From assembly GCA_951406725.2 (NCBI GenBank), contig OX597827.1, positions 32,426,001 to 32,490,000 on the forward strand: a stretch of 64,000 nucleotides of DNA. The letters are read 5' to 3'. Below, one piece after another: positions 61,301-64,000 of the stretch (its first letter is position 1; every line of letters starts with the position of its first letter). Origin of the DNA: Octopus vulgaris. Taxonomy: Eukaryota. Below the pieces are notes generated by a model. It did no database searches. It was not told where the DNA came from and worked only from the letters and a program-made list of their open reading frames with translations. A program made the position numbers and the translations under genes.

Positions 61301-63170
61301 GGCACTGGCATCGACCACATTCAGACAATGCAAAGACAGGTCTGATCAGGGTGATAGTAGAAGACATTTTCCCAAGATGCCTAGCAATGGGACTGAACCT
61401 GAAATGTCTGTATTGTTGGGAAGTAAACTTCCTAACCAAACAGCCATTCCCATATTTAACCCATGAGCGTTTAAACTGGTCAGATCTGGCCTCTCCCACC
61501 TAGTCTACAATGTCATTGTAAAAACTAACAGTTACCTCGTCAAAATCTCAAAGCTACAAGATAATGCCTCATTAATTTAAAATAATGTAAATAAAGTTTG
61601 ACAGAGTAATCTGAATACTAAATGGTTAATTAGCTAATTAATTAATTAATTAATTTTTTCAGTCAATTGGTGAGCCATCAACTCAGATGACACTGAACAC
61701 ATTCCACTTTGCTGGTCTTGGAGAGATGAACGTCACTCTGGGTATTCCTCGTCTCCGTGAGATTCTCTTCGGTTCCAAAAATATGAAGATTCCTACAATG
61801 GACATTCCTGTCTTAGGCACAAACTTTGCCAGGGCTGAAGCCAAAAAGCTGCAGATGAAGTTAAACCCTGTTACACTCAGCCAGGTAAATACGCCTCTCT
61901 CTCACTTTCTCTCAGCATCTCCTTTCTATCTCAGTCTCTCACTTTCTCTCCCTATCTCAGACTTATCTCTCTCTCCCCCATGACTTCTGGCCATCTGTTG
62001 TAATCTTTTAACAAAAGAGCCTCCAAGATTTATAAATCTTAGTTCTTCAACAATTCTAAATCCTATGCCTTCACTCTTCCTGCTCCTCCTCTTGCTAGTT
62101 TAGAAAAGTGATAATACTCCTGTTGCTTAAACACACACACACTTTTTATTTTTAATCTGTTTCAGTCATTTGACTGCGGCTATGCTGGAGCAAAACCTTT
62201 AGTCGAACAAATTGACCCCAGAACTTATTCTTTGAAAGCCTAGAACTTATTCTATCGGTCTCTTTTACTGAACCGCTAAGTTACAGGGATATAAACACAC
62301 CAACATTGGTTGTCAAGTGATGGTGGGGCGACAAATACAGACTCACGAACACATACACATATACGATGGGCTTCTTTCAGTTTCCGTCTACCAGATCCAC
62401 TCACAAGGTTTTGGTTGGCCCGAGATTATAGTAGAAGACACTTGCCCAAGGTGTCACGCAGTGTGACTGAACCTGGGTCCATGTGGTTAGTAAGCAAGCT
62501 ACTTACCTCAGAGCCTTATAGTTTTCTCTCTGTTTCTGTTTACCAAATCCATTCACAAGGCTTTAGTTGGCTCAGTTCTATTGTAGGAGCAGTAGGACTG
62601 AACCCAAAATCATATGATTGGGATGCAAGCTTCCTAACCATGCAGCCACGTTGTCCCTTCTTAAATGGGGTCGGCTTATCTCTTATTCAATGAACTCAAA
62701 TAAAACTGGTGGACCGGAATACACCTGTAGCCTTTAGTTTATCCTTCGCATTGCTGTGCATTGGGCTCTTCACACCTCCATGTCTACATCTACAGTTGCA
62801 GGTGTGGCTGTGTGGTAAGAAGTTTGCTTCCTAACCACATGGTTCCCAGGTTCAATCCGACTGCCTGGCACCTTGGGCAAGTGTCTTCTATTATAGTCTC
62901 AGACTGACCAAAGCTTGTGAGTGGATTTGGTAGATGGAAACTGGAAGAAGCCCGTCATATACATGTGTGTCTGTATTTGTCCTCCCACCCACCACTGCTT
63001 GGTTTCGACAACTGGTGTCTAACGGTGTGAGCTCCACTAAAGGTGCATGAGTGCCAGGTGATGGTTGTGTTATTAAAACAGTTGTTTGATTCATGCTTCT
63101 TTTCTAATGTTTCTCTTTTCCAGGTGTTAGAAAAGGTAGATGTTACAGATCGGATTGAGATGTCATCTGG
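3785..63170 (+). CDS. POLR1A: DNA-directed RNA polymerase I largest subunit (RPA1/A190), spliced, 26 coding exons in window, 3'-incomplete
   Basis: Manually spliced GT-AG exons with consistent phases give about 1298 aa without a stop. Pol I-type motifs: [94 protein letters not shown]. Confidence 0.97.
5002..5292 (+). mobile_element. tRNA-derived SINE family C (another copy on - at about 52055-52440)
   Basis: Head TGGCCCAGTGGTTAGGG...GGTTTCGATTCCC (A/B-box-like) shared by both copies. Confidence 0.7.
6104..6228 (+). CDS. POLR1A: POLR1A exon 2 (CSTC...CTGHLGHI, clamp Zn site)
   Basis: tttacag acceptor, gtcagt donor; CxxC..CxGHxGHI motif; missed by the ORF track. Confidence 0.93.
6436..6631 (+). 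CDS. POLR1A: POLR1A exon 3 (ILDLACLSC...)
   Basis: ttttag acceptor, gtaagt donor; CxxC of the second Zn site. Confidence 0.9.
6878..7675 (-). mobile_element. Penelope-like element relic: GIY-YIG endonuclease fragment between inverted terminal repeats
   Basis: ORF 7241-7456(-) [18 protein letters not shown] is GIY-YIG-like; 6878-7010 is the reverse complement of about 7500-7650. Confidence 0.75.
7552..7597 (+). ncRNA. Minimal type I hammerhead ribozyme motif
   Basis: Stem I GACAC/GTGTT, core CTGAAGA(A), stem II GGCTG/CAGCC, GAAA, palindromic AACGTT stem III, GUU cleavage triplet. Confidence 0.65.
7685..8010. mobile_element. pogo/Tigger-like MITE
   Basis: Inverted ends AGGTTG..TTGACTTACAACC / GGTTGTAAGTCAGTGACAACCTG followed by TA. 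Confidence 0.6.
8052..8265. mobile_element. mariner-like MITE
   Basis: Imperfect TIRs CGGGGTACTGAAAAGTTCCTGGCTT / AAGCCAGCAAATTTTCTGCACCCCC, TA at the right end. Confidence 0.55.
8452..8820 (+). mobile_element. tRNA-derived SINE family A, both orientations (e.g. 21770-22180 -, 27990-28370 -, 38853-39195 +, 49355-49752 -, 59505-59970 +, 60175-60532 -, 62145-62515 -, 62797-63000 +)
   Basis: Shared GGCGCAGGAGTGGCTGTGTGGTAAG...GGTTCAGTCCCAC...CCTTGGGCAAGTGTCTTCTACTATAG consensus with an internal (TG)n. Confidence 0.85.
9436..10166 (-). mobile_element. 5'-truncated RTE-like LINE (RT C-terminus)
   Basis: ORFs 9807-10166 and 9453-9800: [24 protein letters not shown]; short ATG-repeat tail. Confidence 0.85.
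10443..10707. mobile_element. hAT (Charlie-type) MITE
   Basis: Ends CAACAGTTCTCAACC ... GTTGGGGACCACTG; TSD degenerate. Confidence 0.45.
10865..11093. mobile_element. piggyBac-like MITE family 1 (copies at 43877-44104 in the same orientation and 48092-48316 inverted)
   Basis: TTAA-CCCTTTCGTTAC ... GTAAYGAAAGGG-TTAA termini; about 225-bp near-identical bodies. Confidence 0.85.
11133..11319 (+). CDS. POLR1A: POLR1A exon 4 (EEARQ...KCPHC...MPRM)
   Basis: tttcag / gtaagt; phase 1 to 2; CPHC Zn ligands, in a different frame from ORF 11167. Confidence 0.88.
12620..13982 (+). mobile_element. piggyBac transposase relic with an internal tandem duplication of about 180 bp (13125-13480)
   Basis: Frameshifted translation [23 protein letters not shown] and F.DRF..S.KLA, typical of PGBD transposases; right end GTAACGAAAGGGTTAA; left limit approximate. 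Confidence 0.7.
14690..16828 (-). mobile_element. Degenerate R4/Dong-like non-LTR retrotransposon (RT plus CCHC knuckle)
   Basis: [47 protein letters not shown] and C..C..H..C motifs across frameshifted ORFs; 5' truncation abuts (TTA)n. Confidence 0.85.
17201..18661 (-). mobile_element. Possible non-autonomous Helitron
   Basis: a|CTAGC at the left (3' CTAG on -) and GACGGAC...GGAGA|t at the right (5' TC on -); no coding evidence. Confidence 0.35.
18975..19197 (+). CDS. POLR1A: POLR1A exon 5 (...[17 protein letters not shown])
   Basis: acag / gtaagt; conserved FFL..VPV.P..FRP. Confidence 0.92.
19617..21360 (+). mobile_element. Cluster of about 7 head-to-tail copies of tRNA-derived SINE family B
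   Basis: Repeated AAGGCGGCGAGCTGGCAGAA..TTAGC...GAGTTCAAATTC...GCCTTTCATCCTTTCGGGGTCGATAAA..AAGTACCAG, separated by (ATT)n tails; also at 16860-17190, 24345-24560, 25445-25660, 40237-40630, 54247-54450, 57476-57630, 58050-58315. Confidence 0.85.
22344..22523 (+). CDS. POLR1A: POLR1A exon 6 ([10 protein letters not shown]...[18 protein letters not shown])
   Basis: Long polypyrimidine tract plus ttag acceptor, gtaagt donor; 60 open codons, phase 0-0. Confidence 0.85.
22696..23453. repeat. Tandem array, 6 x 127 bp, derived from the left half of a piggyBac-like MITE
   Basis: Unit starts at 22696, 22823, 22950, 23077, 23204 and 23331; units nearly identical. Confidence 0.95.
23342..23785. mobile_element. 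Two head-to-tail piggyBac-like MITEs (family 2) sharing TTAA 23564-23567; related copies at 34459-34685, 45560-45778, 61456-61629, 3330-3485 and 4260-4418
   Basis: TTAACCCTTTAGCATTTAAA ... GAATGCTAAAGGGTTAA termini. Confidence 0.75.
26012..26548. mobile_element. Foldback/MITE with inverted arms of about 155 bp
   Basis: 26012-26180 is the reverse complement of 26395-26548 (e.g. TTAAGTACTGGCTGTCACAAAAGTATTAAAAT). Confidence 0.85.
26549..27232 (+). mobile_element. Young copy of the abundant GGAAGGGCATCCAGC / (GAT)n-tailed retroelement 3' end, with internal tandem units of about 186-192 bp
   Basis: Unit starts at 26549, 26735 and 26927; CpG-rich; more than 20 further copies in both orientations across the window. 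Confidence 0.85.
27259..27503. mobile_element. Tc1-like MITE
   Basis: TIRs CAGTGTGGTGCAAAAGTAGGTATACAGT / ACTGTATACCTACACTTGCACCCCG. Confidence 0.65.
27735..27878 (+). CDS. POLR1A: POLR1A exon 7 (...WLALQKDVN...GVRQ)
   Basis: ttgcag / gtcagg; W..LQ..VN...D motif. Confidence 0.92.
28492..28712 (+). CDS. POLR1A: POLR1A exon 8 ([20 protein letters not shown]...NGPNEYPG)
   Basis: ttacag / gtgagt; highly conserved Pol I signature. Confidence 0.97.
29178..29310 (+). CDS. POLR1A: POLR1A exon 9 (AAYVVDQHG...CKK)
   Basis: ttccag / gtatga; phase 2 to 0. Confidence 0.9.
30738..31672 (+). mobile_element. 5'-truncated RTE (BovB-like) LINE with 3' UTR and (GAT)n tail
   Basis: [29 protein letters not shown] motifs (frameshifted ORFs 30750-31101). 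Confidence 0.88.
32483..32566 (+). CDS. POLR1A: POLR1A exon 10 ([28 protein letters not shown])
   Basis: aacag / gtatgt; NRQP motif. Confidence 0.96.
33250..33388 (+). CDS. POLR1A: POLR1A exon 11, catalytic metal A motif ([16 protein letters not shown])
   Basis: cttcag / gtaagt; NADFDGD at 33310-33330. Confidence 0.97.
33350..33537 (+). repeat. Exact 93-bp tandem duplication spanning the exon 11 3' end and donor
   Basis: 33350-33442 repeated at 33443-33535, with CT microhomology at the junction. Confidence 0.95.
34760..34874 (+). CDS. POLR1A: POLR1A exon 12 ([18 protein letters not shown])
   Basis: tttcag / gtcagt; GLIQD motif. Confidence 0.95.
35960..36068 (+). CDS. POLR1A: POLR1A exon 13 (...[16 protein letters not shown])
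   Basis: tttcag / gtagtt; PAI..P..LW.GKQ motif. Confidence 0.95.
37084..37167 (+). CDS. POLR1A: POLR1A exon 14 ([12 protein letters not shown]...KIPER)
   Basis: ttacag / gtaggt; phase 0-0. Confidence 0.9.
39902..40066 (+). CDS. POLR1A: POLR1A exon 15 (...[25 protein letters not shown])
   Basis: tcacag / gtaaga; conserved motif. Confidence 0.95.
41200..41355. repeat. (TA)n/(TTTA)n microsatellite
   Basis: Direct inspection; others at 21988-22030, 36900-36987 and 58314-58362. Confidence 0.95.
41606..41950. mobile_element. Element with inverted ends of about 33 bp, containing a hammerhead-like motif on -
   Basis: ATTATAATTTGGGTTCAGCTAATTTATTCACCA / TGGTGAAGCAATTAGCTGAACCCTAATTATAAT. Confidence 0.75.
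42347..42463 (+). CDS. POLR1A: POLR1A exon 16 (LYGGEVAA...[10 protein letters not shown])
   Basis: tttcag / gtcagt; phase 0-0. Confidence 0.94.
42838..44507 (+). mobile_element. DNA transposon relic (family uncertain, possibly Sola-like) with a nested piggyBac MITE
   Basis: Ends GAGTGGAGCAAAAAA / TTTTTTGCTCCTCTC, subterminal repeats, ORF 43302-43640 (LPT..DVL...W..ASIP) followed by LFDISCCKC. Confidence 0.55.
45085..45284 (+). CDS. POLR1A: POLR1A exon 17 (ADQERKKF...QNNLLR)
   Basis: ttttag / gtaaat; phase 0 to 2. Confidence 0.88.
45401..45485 (+). CDS. POLR1A: POLR1A exon 18 ([18 protein letters not shown])
   Basis: cttcag / gtgagt; GAKGS motif. Confidence 0.95.
47658..47858 (+). CDS. POLR1A: POLR1A exon 19 ([21 protein letters not shown]...HCMAGRE)
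   Basis: tttcag / gtgagt. Confidence 0.96.
48412..48540 (+). CDS. POLR1A: POLR1A exon 20, bridge helix ([26 protein letters not shown]...DGSVIQ)
   Basis: ccttag / gtaaga; missed by the ORF track. Confidence 0.96.
50116..50274 (+). CDS. POLR1A: POLR1A exon 21 ([10 protein letters not shown]...)
   Basis: cttcag / gtaaga; F.YGED.LD motif. Confidence 0.93.
51396..51589 (+). CDS. POLR1A: POLR1A exon 22 (IYKSRQ...EKRRQK)
   Basis: cttcag / gtaagt; phase 0 to 2. Confidence 0.85.
52871..53000 (+). CDS. POLR1A: POLR1A exon 23 ([15 protein letters not shown]...GAISE)
   Basis: tgtcag / gttagt; CPDP motif; donor less certain. Confidence 0.85.
53250..53816 (+). mobile_element. Internally deleted mariner transposon
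   Basis: TA-flanked TIRs TTGGGTTGTCCAGAAAG / CTTTCTGGACAACCCAG; ORF joins the N-terminus ([10 protein letters not shown]) to [16 protein letters not shown]. Confidence 0.92.
54463..56330 (-). mobile_element. Helitron relic (PIF1-like helicase, frameshifted); probable 5' end at 57475
   Basis: [25 protein letters not shown]...[22 protein letters not shown]; 3' GC-rich hairpin-like motif plus CTAG at 54463-54489; TCTCTCTATATATAAAA on - at 57475. Confidence 0.9.
58908..59042 (+). CDS. POLR1A: POLR1A exon 24 (...[13 protein letters not shown])
   Basis: tattag / gtactt; PGEAVG motif; phase 0-0. Confidence 0.9.
61663..61884 (+). CDS. POLR1A: POLR1A exon 25, trigger loop ([18 protein letters not shown]...GIPRLREIL)
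   Basis: tttcag / gtaaat. Confidence 0.97.
63124..63170 (+). CDS. POLR1A: POLR1A exon 26 ([16 protein letters not shown])
   Basis: ttccag / gtaagt; phase 0 start matches exon 25. Confidence 0.8.
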
Positions 63171-63754
63171 GTAAGTAAACCAGTATATCTGCAATACAGT
63201 TGTCATCCATCACTTTTTCAGTTTGTGCCAGTCCAGTATGTTGACCAACTCGCTGACTCATGACAGCCAGTGTGACTCAAGTCCGCACGACGTCATATTT
63301 GACAGTCAGCCTCGAGTCGCACAAACCATCCTTGATTAGATCCATTGGAAAGCAGGGTAGGAGCTCTCTAATCTAAGGGAGATAACTTCACCATCAGTTT
63401 GACGGGTATCAACGTTCATCAGCAAATAATTTGAGTTCCTTAAACAAGGGCTATAACTCTTGTTAGAGTCGTGTGATCCGATGGCATAGCCTTTACTCCA
63501 CGCAGTAATATCTGTTTGCCAAACATCAGTGCACATCAGCAAATAAGTTTGTTTACTGGTTTCTATAAATATGAGCCTTTCGTTTCATTTAGATTCATTG
63601 ATCTGGGCTAGCTTTGACTGGGGAGACACACAATAAGGTCAAAATACCACAGTATCTGAAAGTCCCTTACTTTCGTCTATAAGTCACAGACATTATGAAC
63701 ACATCATCTACAAGGAGATATTCTTTGATGACAAGAAAACCGCAGCTGTCAGTA

Positions 63755-64000
63755 TATATAATAATAATAAAAACATTGTGTACAGTGCTCAGGTGCACTA
63801 CAACTCATCTAAAGTGTATGTATAAATCAGATGAAGTTTCGGCGGATTTCGGAAAGCATGAGGGCCTTAAAGGATGCGGTGTCATGGCAGTCAACAACTG
63901 ATGCAGGCAGTTTGTTCCATGCTTCAGCAACTCTGAGCGTGAAGAAATGTTTCCGAACGTCATGGGAGCTGTGTTGTTTTCTGACTTTGTAGGCATGTCC
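63755..64000 (-). mobile_element. CR1-clade LINE 3' end
   Basis: - strand reads GHAYKVRK...RKHFFTLRVAEAWNKLPASVV...SFK, followed by an (ATT)n tail. Confidence 0.75.

Noticed and set aside
3785-63170. POLR1A as a pseudogene or Pol IV/V-like paralog because of its divergent motifs
   Set aside because: All 26 exons splice in frame with canonical sites, and the three catalytic Asp and the trigger loop are intact. A paralog cannot be fully excluded without a genome search

Overview
Eukaryotic, AT-rich, repeat-dense genomic DNA. The SINE/LINE/MITE families look like those of an octopus (coleoid cephalopod); this is inferred from repeat style, not from a database match. One spliced + strand gene dominates the window: POLR1A/RPA1, the largest subunit of RNA polymerase I. 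I traced 26 phase-consistent GT-AG coding exons from ATG 3785 to 63170 (3896 nt, about 1298 aa, no in-frame stop). They include both clamp Zn motifs, KRV/RSVI, NRQP, NADFDGD, the bridge helix and the trigger loop, and the gene runs off the right edge. The introns hold tRNA-derived SINEs, RTE, R4/Dong-like, CR1 and Penelope-like retroelements, piggyBac, mariner and Helitron relics, and many MITEs. Main leads: (1) several bridge-helix/funnel codons depart from the Pol I consensus exactly where a single A-to-G change (A-to-I editing) would restore it; (2) a non-canonical [10 protein letters not shown] catalytic motif; (3) a 93-bp duplication of the catalytic exon's splice donor; (4) several families of minimal hammerhead-ribozyme motifs in introns, one with an intact core on the sense strand. 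Comparisons with orthologs are from memory and need alignment.
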